Origin: Squatina squatina
Taxonomy: Eukaryota
NCBI GenBank assembly: GCA_031763465.1
Contig: JARFOE010000013.1
Span: 9,026,395-9,077,481 of the forward strand
Reading direction: 5' to 3'
Length of the DNA: 51,087 bases
Shown: positions 1 to 14,401 of the stretch, piece after piece
Layout: each line of letters begins with the position of its first letter
How positions within the stretch are numbered: position 1 is the first letter of the stretch
Translations under genes and position numbers: made by a program
The notes under the pieces: model-generated
Database searches by the model: none
The model's input: the letters and a program-made list of their open reading frames with translations, nothing else
What the model was told of the DNA's origin: nothing

Positions 1-94
1 ATGTCATCCATTCTGAATCAGTCACTCAATAATCCTCTTGTATTTGCACTGTTTTACAAGTAGATTTATCATTGACTTGAACCCAGTAATTAAG

Positions 95-131
95 AAAACA
101 TAGAAAATAGGAGCAGGAGTAGACCATTTGG
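95..131 (-). mobile_element. CR1-type LINE/SINE 3' tail
   Basis: CATAGAAAATAGGAGCAGGAGTAGACCATT is the reverse complement of the AATGGCCTACTCCTGCTCCTATTTTCTATG-type CR1 3' end; the same motif occurs at 1784-1830. Confidence 0.6.
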
Positions 132-1783
132 CAGAAGACATTGTACAGTTATATTATTTTCAGGTTTTTAGAAGTAGATTTTAGTGAATCCTATAGAAAG
201 GACAGTGAAACTCTGCTGTCTTGTTTGTTCACCAACCAGGAGGAAGGCATCAGTATTAAAGTTATTTCACACATCAGTTCAATCACTGAGTTTTCATTAC
301 ATCCCATATATTGACAAAACCAATATATTTTGAAATCATTGTTTTCTTCCTATATCCATTCAAAATATATGTGACTGATGAATGAGCAAGATTGCCCACA
401 GTATCTAAAAGAATGAATGTTGAAAATCTGGAAAATAGCTGAAACTAATATAGCTTCAGAAAGCTGGAGAACATTGCAGCTGCACTGCCATGAATACATT
501 GCGATTTCAGTGATTAATTGAGGTGAGAAGATTAAAATTTTGTGCATTTCCTGCATTTGTTTCCTGTTCTCAGGCTATGCAGACACATAAAGCTGAGGTT
601 ATAATGTAGAAAAGCAGAAGGGTTGCTGTAACTGGCTTATTGCAGCAGACAAACATTAAATCCAGATGGTTTAAATGACCACCAGGAATCTGTTTTACTG
701 ACAGTCCTGGAATTAAACAGACCCAGTGAGAGCAAAAAGTAGCCCCGAGCACATTTTACTTTTGGCCATTGTCAACAGGATACGTGCTGAGACAATGATC
801 TGATTCATCGGTGTAGAAGAAAATGTCAATGTCTTTTTGCTTCCTACAAGTAAGCTTAACTGACTGATAATTACTTCAATTTTAATCTTACATCTAAATT
901 CTACTCAGGAAAATACTTATACAAGGTTCCGAGAGAAATTTCAGCTTTGATTTCTGAGATGTTTGACCTGTGGCAGATTAATCCCTCAAGAGATTGAATA
1001 AATTGGATAGTGTCCATGACAGAGCAAGTTGGATGGGCCTTTAAAAGGAAGAGTACTCGNNNNNNNNNNNNNNNNNNNNNNNNNNNNNNNNNNNNNNNNN
1101 NNNNNNNNNNNNNNNNNNNNNNNNNNNNNNNNNNNNNNNNNNNNNNNNNNNNNNNNNNNGATAACTTACAGAGCTTATAAGTTAATCCAATATGCCCAGG
1201 CTCACAGTTCATCAAGCTTCATTCACCACTGGCATGACTCTTTTTCACATCTCACAGATACGAAAGATTTCTCTTCCCTGCAGGTTTCACTGTGTGGATA
1301 TTATATTTATATTTCCCCATAGTTTCCATGCAACCACGTCTTCACACCTCATGGTGTGTGGATGAGTTATTCTCTCCTCCAAGCCTGGTCTTGAAGTCAC
1401 TGGACACTGACAGCTGAGAATGTGCGATGTTCTTAAAATAATTGATAACCCTAACAGTGCCACTGCCAGCAGCAGCAGAAATGTATTGTGAGGGTGTAAT
1501 GATGTTACCCAAACATGACACATCCTCACATATAAAAAAAAAATCAAAAATATTTTGTCTCTCATGTCTGAAATTCACTGAGAAAGAAACAGATCATGAA
1601 GCTGATATAAGACACAGGCTGTACATTGACGTTAAACAATTATAACAAAAATGTATCTTTGTCTGTACAAGATTATTGATTTGGATTCTTCTTCACAAGC
1701 AGGAGCTTGTCAAAGGGGGCAGAGAGGCATGCAAAGTCATGCAAAACTGCATTCATTAATGGGCTGCTAGGAAATTTAAGGGG

Positions 1784-1895
1784 ATAGAAACATATAGAAA
1801 CATAGAAAATAGGAACAGGAGTAGGCCATTTGGCCCTTCGAGCAAGGCTGACCTTCTATCTCAATACCATATTCCCGCTTTTTCACCGTATTCCT
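1784..1895 (-). mobile_element. CR1-type LINE 3' end
   Basis: Tandem ATAGAAAC tail units followed by ATAGGAACAGGAGTAGGCCATTTGGCCC; runs into a gap. Confidence 0.7.
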
Positions 1896-2327
1896 NNNNN
1901 NNNNNNNNNNNNNNNNNNNNNNNNNNNNNNNNNNNNNNNNNNNNNNNNNNNNNNNNNNNNNNNNNNNNNNNNNNNNNNNNNNNNNNNNNNNNNNNCTATT
2001 CTGCATGTTTAAAGTACTACAATGCAAAACTTTTGAATCTCACTATAGCCTTTTTATTACAGTGGCTAGTCTGATTATTAAGAATCCAACATACTTTGAG
2101 GGTTTGAATACCATATAATCAATTTGTGACATTTTGCTAAATAACTAAGGCCATCATTGTGTGTTTGCCTATAGTGTATTAAATCACTCCATGAAGCCGC
2201 AATACGGGTAAAAAAAATGCCACAATATTGTAAACTTTTTTTGAAATGTTCACTTTAAAACTAAAACATTGGTATTATGAATGAAAAAAGCTAAAATCAA
2301 GAAAGGTGACAAATGAACTGGAAACTA

Positions 2328-2333
2328 TTTATT
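2328..2333 (-). promoter_or_regulatory. candidate FAM110B polyadenylation signal
   Basis: TTTATT (AATAAA on minus) about 810 nt past the stop codon, followed on the minus strand by U/GU-rich sequence. Confidence 0.45.
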
Positions 2334-3143
2334 AGTGTAACAGACTCTTCTTTACAGATCTGATAACAGTTTTAAATTATTTACAAACCATTACAGCATT
2401 TATATAATACAAAAAATTCTGGTTTCCACATCAGCTGAGGCACCAGTCTTTATGAAATGAAGTGCAGCACTGCAGTACATTAAAAAGCAACAATGAACTA
2501 TTTAATGGAGGTCACCTGCTGCATTTTTCACTTCTCAGCACCACATTACAGCAGACAGTTAGAATGGCAGTTGAAGCAGCTTTGGAAGACATGGATTGTC
2601 AGAACTGTACCGTGCTGATGCATTAAACTGGACAGCTTCATGAAAAACATTAAAGACAACTCACTACTATTAGAGGTTACATGGACTGCAACATGCATTT
2701 CCAGACCGAGGTGAGCTACTCATGACTGCCATTGCAATGTTTCAGACAGATGAAATTATTTTTCTTTGCCCTGATTACATTTATTTATGAATAGAAGATC
2801 TGCAACAATAAAGGCCATTTTGTCCTCATAATTGTTTGAAACGCATGATAAAATGTGTACATAGTACCTCGTGCTTCTGTTGGTTGATACATATGTATAT
2901 AGGTATATATCTAATACAGTTGAAACATCCATGTCTGTGTCTTCATATGTTCTGAAGTAGAGGCCAATTCTGAGCTCAAGTCGATAAGCATGCAATGAGA
3001 GAACATACAGCTAGCAACACAGTGGAATTGAGACCTGCAAGAAATATCCCAGTAGACTTCACAACTCTTCACAACTAAAAGATTCACAGACAAAATAAAA
3101 ATACAAAAAGATATCAGAATCAACCAGAATTTGTGTCCTTTCC

Positions 3144-4560
<1,417 letters not shown>

Positions 4561-4816
4561 AGGATGATACAAAAATTGGCCATGTGGTTGATAATGAAAA
4601 AGAAAGCTGTACACTGCGGGAAGATATCAATGGACTAGTTAGGTGGGCAGAACAGTGGCAAATTGAATTCAATCCGGAGAAGTGTGAGGTAACGCAGTTG
4701 GGGAGCGCAAACAAGGCAAGGGAATACACAATAAATGGCAGGACACTGAGAAGTGTAGAGGAACAGAGGGACCTTGGAGTGCATGTCCACAGATCCCTGA
4801 AGGTAGCAGGACAGGT
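4561..4816 (+). mobile_element. CR1 LINE reverse transcriptase fragment
   Basis: DDTKIG...LVRWAEQWQIEFNPEKCEV...YTINGRTLRSVEEQRDLGVHV is the typical CR1 ORF2 segment after the FADD motif. Confidence 0.9.
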
Positions 4817-5519
4817 NNNNNNNNNNNNNNNNNNNNNNNNNNNNNNNNNNNNNNNNNNNNNNNNNNNNNNNNNNNNNNNNNNNNNNNNNNNNNNNNNNNN
4901 NNNNNNNNNNNNNNNNATGAATTACTTAGGGAATAAAATATTACTCGGCCTCAGAAGTTCAATTCATTTTACCTCTCTTCCACATGTGTTTGAACATCCA
5001 AAGACTGATTCAATTTGGGTGAAATGTATAGAAGTGGAGTTATGGACATAGAGATGATTCTGTTCATCCCTCGAGCACTCTGTCTCAATTTAGCATTCAA
5101 TTGGATTTAATGTCTTTATCTCCACTACCTTGCTCTGGCATAATTTTAAATATTTATCACTGAGTAAAGTTCATTATTTATTTCTCACGCATTTAAATTT
5201 ATCATTCACGAGTCTGACTTACTTTTAAATAATATTCCAAGTGCACGCTAGCATTACCATCTATTATTTTATACACCTTGATGACGGAGATTTCTGTACT
5301 TTATCTCCTGCAGTTCCAAAATATCTCGAGTTAAAATGAAAGCTATCTTCCCTTATCCAATTCCAAAATGGAGGCCTGAAGACATTGTCTATGGAACCAG
5401 ACAACATTGATTCAACTAGAAATCAGTCATAAGGGATTTGTTCGAAGGTGCTAATTAAATTACGCACGGTCAAAGGATTGGCAAGTATTCGGGATTTGGA
5501 TGATGTGCGAGCACCTACT

Positions 5520-6020
5520 TATCAGCAAGATGTGAAACACTGTGCAGCTTGTACTCTTCACCATAGGAGTGATGCAATAACCCTGAAGAAAGTCTAATGC
5601 AGATTCACTAAAATTATGCCACAGCTGAAAGGTATGAGTTCTGGCAGAAGGCTACGTCAAATAGTACTGTATTTGTTCTAACTGCAAACATTGAGGGGTG
5701 ATTTGATAGTGTTTCAAATGATAAAGGAATAAGCAAGGTAAACATACATAATTTTGATGGGTAGGTAAATCAAAGACAAGAAGCCACGATCTCAAAGTAA
5801 ACAGAAGTTACGCAAAGCGAAAGACTCAGACACTTTCCTGCAAAGAATTATCGGAATATGGAATGCTGAGCCGCAAGTGGCTATCAATGCTAAATCGGTT
5901 ACAACACTCAAAACAGCACTGGACAATTACCTACAAAAATACATAAAAGGGTATGGGGAGAAAGCAGCAAAATGGAAAGGTGTAAAGTCAACATCGGCAA
6001 GAAGGGTCAAATGGCCTTAT
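5520..6020 (+). mobile_element. highly decayed CR1 ORF2 C-terminus and 3' UTR
   Basis: Remnants of CR1 C-terminal motifs (TTGAGGGGTGATTTGATAG, GGAATATGGAATGC, GGGTATGGGGAGAAAGCAG, AATGGCCT). Confidence 0.55.
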
Positions 6021-6421
6021 TAATTTCAATAGGATTGGAATTTTAGTTGGATTGGAAATTTGCATCATCTGGTGACAACACTGAACTGTGAAGCCCATGA
6101 AAGATTACTTCATACACNNNNNNNNNNCTTAACAAAAAGGTATTTTAATCCCTGGATTACGTCCATTTTTATTGGGATAAATTTTCATTTTTAAACTTCT
6201 GATCTTTGCATGGTCAAACTGGGAATTTGGGCAAGCATCTTCCATAATTTTCTATCTCTTTAGACCTATACCCATTGGTCTGATGCAGTGGTATTTTCCA
6301 TCTTTAAAAGAGAGGAGAGGAGAGTGTGTTGGGCATCTGACATGATCTCTAGTACTTGATACTATAATTCGTGAATAATTTTTATAGTACAGGGAACAGG
6401 TTTCAGTTCATAGGTGACTCT

Positions 6422-6641
6422 GGGCTAGAAGTTGAACTCTTGTTGCGCCCCGTTAGTGCCTCCGAGGGGTGCTAATGGAGTGAAACAGGACAAAATGGCG
6501 CTGGGAGGCGGCCATCGCGCTTCCTTGGGAATTCAGTTAGGGTGCAAAGGCCTTTGCGCCTGGCCAGCTGAATTCCGCGGCGGATCGGTATGTGACATCA
6601 TAAAGATGCACGCCGACCCACACCGTGCAGCCACAACCCCC
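6422..6641 (+). mobile_element. end of a GC-rich non-autonomous DNA transposon (Harbinger-like), copy 1
   Basis: Starts GGGCTAGAAGTTG, is clearly similar to 12748-12982, contains internal palindromes and ends at a gap. Confidence 0.55.
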
Positions 6642-7252
6642 NNNNNNNNNNNNNNNNNNNNNNNNNNNNNNNNNNNNNNNNNNNNNNNNNNNNNNNNNNN
6701 NNNNNNNNNNNNNNNNNNNNNNNNNNNNNNNNNNNNNNNNNAAATTATTCAAGCAAAATGCTGTTTTAAAAAATATTGTTGTAACATTAAGTTGCCATTG
6801 CTACTCTGAATAATTCATGTACAAGACATGCATCACCTCAAAACAAAATACTGTTAAGAGATCCATTGCCAAACCTTTGAGGTCTAGTGTAATCAAATAA
6901 TCCTGGAATGTACTTGGAAAATGGAAAGACAGGCAGGAATAGCCATTCATAAACTTGTTTGTAAAAGCAACATGAATGGGACAAAGCAAGGTAACCCAAA
7001 GTATTATATGCACACTGAAGTATAAGCACTGAGCACACCAATACATCCGTGCTCTAGTCATCAGAATAAACCTACTATAAGCAAATGCCTGCCTGCCACG
7101 ATAATAATGGGTCACATCTGCTGCTACATCCCACTGGAGTACAAATTATATTACATACGGCAATATCAAATTAAAATAGCTACCATGATCAACAGTATTA
7201 ATTTTTATGCACAAATGTGTTCAGCGAAACACACAAATAAAATGATACTCAC

Positions 7253-7316
7253 CCGGTGTTGAGGATCTTGCTGGAATTGCCAGTCAGTGCATTAACCTCA
7301 TTCCAATAAAACAATA
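7253..7316 (-). other. possible non-coding 5' UTR exon of FAM110B
   Basis: Minus strand reads TACTTTCAG|tattg...caccgg|GTGAGT, giving a 64-nt exon upstream of the FAM110B coding exon. Only the splice signals support it. Confidence 0.25.
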
Positions 7317-7770
7317 CTGAAAGTACACTGTTTATAGTGCTTTGTTCCCAAGTATTTGTTGCCATGTCAACTGTTCAGCACATCCCTGATTATTCTCTCC
7401 AATGCAGCATGGAGATTACAGCTTTCAACTTGTCCAGTGCTGACGTCAACCCCTCACGGAAGAAGGGCACCTGCAGTATCCTGCACATGCTCTCTACCAT
7501 GCTGACACCATCACCTCGAATAAGTGGACTGCTAATCTAATTACATTTACAGTTCACTGGGATGCATGACACACAGCCACAAGTTAATGTGAATAAATTC
7601 ATTCACTCAATCTAGATTACGATATTTCCCTCAAAGTTTATGTGGATACGAGATAAATGCAGGCAACACTATTACCATTTTGCTACACGCATAGGCACAC
7701 ACACAGAAGAGCTGCAAAATGACTAAGCTCCTAAAATCTACTGCAGGTGAACCGGACAGTGAATCGTCCA

Positions 7771-7868
7771 TAAAAAACAGAAAATGCTGGAAGTACTCCG
7801 CAGGTCAGGCAGCGTCTGTGAGGAGAGAAACAGAGTTAACGTTTCAGGTCGATGACCTTTCATCAGAA
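7771..7868 (-). mobile_element. Penelope-like element terminal repeat fragment containing a hammerhead ribozyme core
   Basis: Minus strand: CTGATGA-a-AGGTC-atc-GACCT-GAAAC-GTTAACTCTG, followed by GACGCTGCCTGACCTG...CCAGCATTTTCTGTTTT. The same family occurs at 15941-15967 and 48911-49044. Confidence 0.7.
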
Positions 7869-10800
7869 TCTGCCACTTCATTTACATAACATCTTAGTTG
7901 CACCATGTCCCCAGTTATGCTTGAAAATATGGCATTGGCTAACTTAGGTAAACCCATGGCCAATTAAAAAAGTTCAACTCAACAGGTATAACTAAACAGG
8001 ATCACATTGGTTTGCCTGGAGGCAGGTCTTCCTCGGAGTCCAAGAAGCAGTTGAGTAGACAAAAGACGGCTTCCAGCATATACATTTGGTTTCTCCCAGA
8101 AACTACCCCACAACCCCTAGCCTGCCCCCCAGAAGTAACCCAATAAAGGGAGAAGATGGGTTTCAGTAACCAACATATTTGCATGTTCTCTGGCAACATT
8201 ACCTGATGCTAGATAAATCTGCAATTGTATTGCCTGGGTTTACATGGTATAGATAGGTCATTCCAGAACATTTTAGTTTCAAAATGGAACAATGAAAGCT
8301 TATACAAGTAGTTCTACCCAAAGTATCCTTAAACATCTGGTTTATTTTTGCAGTACCAAAATATGGAAATAGGGAGACAGTTGAANNNNNNNNNNAACCT
8401 ACAGCTTTAAGCTTTGCATGTTACTAAACAAATATTAGAACCAGGGTTTTTTTTTAAAATTTGAATAAATGTCTGTAGTAAACTGGTAAGCAAAGCATTT
8501 TTGCTATTTTCTCATCTGTGATTTGGGAGATGTCTTGTATGAAAAAGGAACAGAAACCACCCCAAAATCATATGCAACTCTGGCAACAAATTCAACGTGT
8601 CTTTGTAGAAAAATACACCAATATAGGCACAGTTAATCAGATTTGCAAGGTGTGTTCAATTCTTCCTGTTAAAGCAATTTGAAAAAAAAAATTGGAGTCA
8701 ACTCAATGACAGAAATTTTATATTTAAAGAATGCAATTAAACAATTATTCACATTAGCATCCATTTTAAAAGCTAATCACAATTTTTAATTACTAATTTT
8801 ACATACTTTTCAGTTTTGAAATGAGAAAAAAAATCATCTGAGTTCCCTCTTTTGCTTGGTATTCAATGAAGAAAGGATTGGACTAAAATGTTGTCACACA
8901 GCTTGCCAACATTTTTATGTCTGGACTTGCATATGAAAAGCGACCATTTGGATGAGATATCAAAAGAAACACCAGTACAAATGGAACTATACTCTAGTAA
9001 GAGCAAGCGTCTTCNNNNNNNNNNNNNNNNNNNNNNNNNNNNNNNNNNNNNNNNNNNNNNNNNNNNNNNNNNNNNNNNNNNNNNNNNNNNNNNNNNNNNN
9101 NNNNNNNNNNNNNNGACAAGGAGGTCAGAGCTTACTGCTATCATTCTAAAAACAACCTGATAAAAGACAGGGGCATGCACCGGAAAGGTCCAGATTTCCT
9201 GTTATGAAGACATTTTACTGGATTTATCATCAAAGCTCTGTTATTTCTCTGCAAGTTCTGTGTTGTACATGTCGTAAATACTATCAAAACAAAAAGTGAT
9301 TAACCTTTTGAGGTCTTCAACAAAATTAGAGCTGCACTGCCTTATGTCTTTTCTCTCAAATAATATTAGGATTTGGTAATACTCAACATTTAATTTAACG
9401 TTACTTCAGAATACAGATTAGAAACTTACTAAAACCCCTTAGGGATTTTTTTTTTTTTAAATAGGCAAGGTGATAGATGTACATGGGATTAAAAAAAAAC
9501 AGAAGCAATCTCCAAGTTCAGAACTGCCTTGGAAATCCACTAACGACAATAGTACACAGATCCTCGCGATTTGTGTGCCTGCAGGTGAGTGCCCCTTTAA
9601 ATACTGCTTCCAGTGAGTTTCTGAGGTCAATGTGACCAGCTTTTACTCAGCATGGTTGGTCACCCAGTTAAAATGGCATTAGGGACCCCGGTTTGCATTT
9701 ATTTCAGGCATCTGCCTGTTTCGTGGTTTCAGTTAGCCAATTAAAATGGCAGCCAGCAGTGGTAAGCCAATTTTTGATATTTCAACCCTGTTCCCACTGG
9801 GGGTGTTGAGTTAAAGTTGGGACCCAAATTTCCTTTGCTGTTTTGCAGTGCAGATCTCAATTAGCTGAGCACCTGTATAAAACAGGCATTAGAAGGCCTG
9901 CAAACAGCATTGTTGTTGAATTAGAAACATAGAAAATGGNNNNNNNNNNNNNNNNNNNNNNNNNNNNNNNNNNNNNNNNNNNNNNNNNNNNNNNNNNNNN
10001 NNNNNNNNNNNNNNNNNNNNNNNNNNNNNNNNNNNNNNNGCGCATTTCTCCAAAACGCTACATAAAATAGTAGAAACACTTCCCTTAGTATTATATGAAA
10101 TGTGAATTACCTTGCCTATCTTCCTCCACTACAGTTTGTTGCCTAATAATCTGAAAGTTTCTGCAATTATACTTGGGAAGAGTTTAATTTACCCATGATA
10201 TGTAATCTTTTAATGGAATTATTAATGCCCTTTGGTATGTTATGTAATCATGCAGATAACTCTCCCCAAAGTATCATGGCCATTTTAAAGAAAAGTGAAT
10301 TCACCAAGCTGCACACCCTACATAGGCCCCACAACTCTAAAAATCACACACTTTCAGCTGGATCAGCAATGAAAGTTGATTAAATCTGAATAAAACAACT
10401 CCATAAAGTTTACAGTATATATTATTAAAAATAATAGATACTCTGGTATACCTTCTAGGTAGTAATTTAATCTTGCAGTTCAGATGTCAGTAATAAAGTG
10501 CTCAAGCTTTGCTCTTGCGGTTTATCACAGCAACTGAACTGCTTAATTCGATTACTGCCTTGTAATCATTTCCAAGTATCCATTATTCCCTGTCACTGGT
10601 TTATTTGGAAAACTAAGCTTGCCAATATTCCTTGGTGGGTAAGTTATAGTAGGCCTTTCTGTAATGTTACTGCTCGTCAAAATTAAGAACGTTGNNNNNN
10701 NNNNNNNNNNNNNNNNNNNNNNNNNNNNNNNNNNNNNNNNNNNNNNNNNNNNNNNNNNNNNNNNNNNNNNNNNNNNNNNNNNNNNNNNNNNNNNTTCAGT

Positions 10801-12059
10801 AATTCCCAACAAAATTCAGCTGTCTCAGAGTCACCACTCAAAAAAACAAATTGGTGTATTGCACTACTTTTATTCGACCTTCTATAGCATCAAGAAAAAA
10901 ACTATTCAATAAAAAATGTCATGAGTAAAATTCCAGTTAAAAAACATTCAAAAGGTTAGTAATCAAACTTTACAAACTCAAAAATACTGATTATTTTCTT
11001 TCCTTTTCACTAACAAGGGTGGAAAGAGGCATTTGCTTCTAAATCCATTCAGCTATTCTAACCTTTTACAAATCATTTGTGCAATTTTGACACTACTGTG
11101 ATGGGAAGGGTTCAAAGAGTGACAAGGATATTTTTGGGACTCAAGGCTCTAAGTTACGAAGTTCGAGGTACAGAGGCAAATTTGTTTTTACTGAAAAAAA
11201 AAATTGAAGGGCGAGGTGAAATAGATGTAAGCAAGCTATTTGTCTTGAACTAGAACAGAAGTAAAGGATAAGCACTCTAAAATTCCTGGATGTGGGAGGG
11301 CTTACCAGGACATATACTGAATAGGGGAGTCTAGGGAGACACCCAATTACGTTAGGTCTCTGCCCTCGTCTGCCTACAATCTAAAATGCCAGCAGGAGGG
11401 GTTGCTTCAGTCCTAATCTCACTGAAAGAGGTGGGACTCCCATGAGGATGTTAGCTTATGGGTTTCAATGGCAGCCAGTTGGGATTCAGGTGCCCAGGAA
11501 CTTCCTTGAGATGGCTCTGCAATGGATTCTGTCAGACCTGCTGTTGTTATGACTGGCTGGTTGTGCTTGCAATGTGCCACATTTACCGTCANNNNNNNNN
11601 NAGTGGATAGGCCAGACACTCCTACAGCATGTTTTGTAAATCTATGCTGCAAAGTTCTCTTCATCTGATTTCCCCAAATGTTTTAAGCTGGACAAAATAA
11701 CCTGTAGTAGATTGGAGCCCAATGTCTCTATAGCAGCAGCTATCTGGGCATCCATGAAATCAGCATTTTAAAAATACATAAGACTGAGGCCAGCAGTGCC
11801 TGATGCAACATTCTTGCTATAGCACCTGCTCTGGCCTTCAGTGTGACTGTTCCTGCTTAACACACAGTGGCTCTAGTTCCTGATGCAGCTTTTGCAGTCA
11901 ATATTTGACAGCTTGTTTACATTGGCCCATCCCTGCTCGCTTTTGTATAATTGAGAAAAATATCCAGAGGGTGTTTATTTTAGAGGAGGAACAGATTTAT
12001 TTTTGTGTGGGGCAGCACATTTGTGTTCATATGGTGTTCAGGGCTTGCTTTCCTGCTTC

Positions 12060-12240
12060 CATCCTCCCTCTTCCCCTCTCTATTCCATCCTCCATCTCTG
12101 CTTTTCCTTTCCCTTCTTCTTCCTTTACACCTCTTCTCTCATTCCTACTTTTTCCACCTCACTCCCTCCCTTCTTCTTCCTCCCCTGCCCCTTCATTGCT
12201 CCTACCCACCCCGCCACCCACTTACAATTCTCCCTCAGCT
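12060..12240. repeat. CT-rich low-complexity tract
   Basis: Polypyrimidine sequence that generates spurious P/S/L/F-rich ORFs. Confidence 0.7.
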
Positions 12241-12747
12241 TTGGCTCAGTTATACCCACCCTTTAACCCAGCTTTACCTGAAGACTACATTTGTTTTTGA
12301 ATCCATGTGTGCGACAGCACAGAATGGTGACTGGTAAGATAAAACCCTATGTCCGCATGTACATCTGTCAACTTGTTCTATTATAAATAAAGGATTAGCC
12401 AAAAGAAACATTTCAAGTCTTACACATTGCACAAAAACAAGATTAAATGTATCTGAATTGTCTTTTATTGCCTTCATTCAAGTCTTTTCTTGAAGGCCTC
12501 AGTTTCTCCCAAAAGCTTGGGCTTGGACTTGATATTTGTCCAGAGCTGTAATGCTATGAGTTGAACTTGAATTGCACAATCTGAGGATGTGCACTGTGAT
12601 GAATTTCCTAGGATGCATCAGTACCATTCAGTCAGCTGTAAAGATGACATATTATTCTTTAGCTTCCAGCAGTTTCAGATCAAAAGTTATATTTAACTAT
12701 TTGAGTGAAAGGCTAGAGGACAAATTTCATAAGAGATAAAATTCATA

Positions 12748-12982
12748 GGGGCTGAAATTGAGTTCCTGTAACACCCCATTAGCGCCTCTGAGGGACGTTA
12801 AAAAAAATTGTGTCGGGAGGCGGCCATCTTGGCTCCCAGGAAATTCAGCTGGGGCACAAAGGCCTTTGCGCCTAGCCAGCTGAATTTTGCGGCAGGTCGG
12901 CGCGTGACATCATCAAAACGCGCGCCGACCCGCACCACGCAGCCGCGCTGTTTGCGTCCCATGGGTGAAATTCACCCGCGGG
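12748..12982 (+). mobile_element. end of a GC-rich non-autonomous DNA transposon (Harbinger-like), copy 2
   Basis: Starts GGGGCTGAAATTG after TA, paralogous to 6422-6641; hairpins at 12842-12886 and 12895-12930. Confidence 0.55.
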
Positions 12983-13082
12983 NNNNNNNNNNNNNNNNNN
13001 NNNNNNNNNNNNNNNNNNNNNNNNNNNNNNNNNNNNNNNNNNNNNNNNNNNNNNNNNNNNNNNNNNNNNNNNNNNNNNNNNN

Positions 13083-13222
13083 GAAATCCGCAGGGCCTCG
13101 AGCTCCGGGATCAGAATCCCGCCCGGGCACGGGCACAATTGCTGCCGCGAGCCCCGTCACTCAGCAGCAGCAGAAGCAGTGAGCAGCCAGTGGGCTGCTC
13201 GGTTTGCACGGCAGCGACGGCC
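13083..13222 (+). promoter_or_regulatory. CpG-rich 5' UTR/proximal region of BPNT2
   Basis: GC- and CpG-rich sequence directly upstream of a strong Kozak GCCATGG at 13220-13226. Confidence 0.6.
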
Positions 13223-13570
13223 ATGGCTCCCATGGGCATACGGCTGTCCCCGCTCGGCGTCGCCGTGTTTGCTTTGCTTGCTGTTGGAGTCCTCTATCAT
13301 TTCTATTCGGGCTTTCTGGCCGGCAGGATCGCCATCTTCAGAAAACTGCCCGGCTCAGACAGGATCGACCTGAGAGAACTGCTGGCGTTGTCGGTAGAAG
13401 CCGCCGTGCGGGGAGGGGAGGAGGTGAAGCGAGTGATGGAAGGGGGCGAGCTCAACGGGAAAAGCAAAGGGAAAACTAAGGAAGGAGCTGATGAGATGCT
13501 CACCACTGGAGACTTGCTGTCACATCAGAAGATGTATCATTTAATTAAAAATACATTTCCAACCATACAG
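13223..13570 (+). CDS. BPNT2: Golgi-resident PAP phosphatase (IMPAD1/gPAPP), coding exon 1
   Basis: [35 protein letters not shown]...[21 protein letters not shown]...[10 protein letters not shown]...[23 protein letters not shown] matches the IMPAD1 N-terminus. Ends at the phase-0 donor CAG|GTGAGC at 13570/13571. Confidence 0.95.
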
Positions 13571-14204
13571 GTGAGCTCAGGAGCACCAACAACGACCATG
13601 AAAAGCAATGCGGCAGAAACAACGGAATCCGGGGGGTGGGGAAGGGGGTCTAAGCAGCGTTTCATTTGGTTGTATGGGCTTCTTTTTGAGATCTTGCGAT
13701 GCATTGAGGCTTTCCTCTGTTTTGATGTTAGCAGTGAGAGCATCCTCCTTCCTTGAGATGAGTAATTATGGTGGGAGTAACTTAAAACATTTAAGCTGCT
13801 GCCACTAGTAATGGTCACAACTAATCACTGATGTGTTTTTCAGAAGGTTTTAGAACCCTGTGCTTTTAAACTACGTACCTTTCTGGTTTAAAATAGCGTC
13901 GCCCTGAACAAGTTGGATATTTTTGAAGTAGTTTGTTCTCTCAGGAATGCTCTTAAAATTAACAGTGACAATATTCGCTGTTGGCCGTTTTTATTTGGTG
14001 CTCCATAGTTTGATTTTTGGCTTGTATACAGTGCATCCCAGATTACATACATCACTGGCCATGTCCCTGTATCTTTCACTTCATTGTCAGAGATGCAGTG
14101 TTTTGGATAAGATACTAAATCAAAATAATGCCTGTTCAGATTAACGTAACTGGTGCCATGGCACAATTCAAAGAGAAGGGGTCTCCTGGTCAACATTCAT
14201 GCAG

Positions 14205-14247
14205 GAAGGATGTTCCTGATGGTGGGCAAGTCCAGAACCAGGGGTCA
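14205..14247 (+). mobile_element. short CR1 fragment at contig end
   Basis: GRMFLMVGKSRTRG matches the CR1 ORF2 C-terminal motif. Confidence 0.6.
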
Positions 14248-14347
14248 NNNNNNNNNNNNNNNNNNNNNNNNNNNNNNNNNNNNNNNNNNNNNNNNNNNNN
14301 NNNNNNNNNNNNNNNNNNNNNNNNNNNNNNNNNNNNNNNNNNNNNNN

Positions 14348-14401
14348 CATAAAATGTTGCTTGAGAAGCTGCCAGATTTGAAATCCATTAAAACTCAGTA
14401 G
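14348..14401 (+). CDS. BPNT2: C-terminal end of the BPNT2/IMPAD1 last exon (starts in the gap)
   Basis: HKMLLEKLPDLKSIKTQ* resembles the recalled human C-terminus HQALVRKLPDLEKTGHK*, has the right strand and order, and is followed by AT-rich 3' UTR-like sequence. Confidence 0.75.
   Translation, partial: HKMLLEKLPDLKSIKTQ

Noticed and set aside
11905-12337. Overlapping 87-131 aa ORFs
   Set aside because: They arise from a polypyrimidine low-complexity tract.
12748-12982. BPNT2 CpG-island promoter
   Set aside because: It is separated from exon 1 by a gap and is paralogous to the repeat at 6422-6641.
12965-13756. 263-aa ORF as a full protein
   Set aside because: It spans a gap and 5' UTR and reads through the splice donor at 13571; only 13223-13570 is coding.
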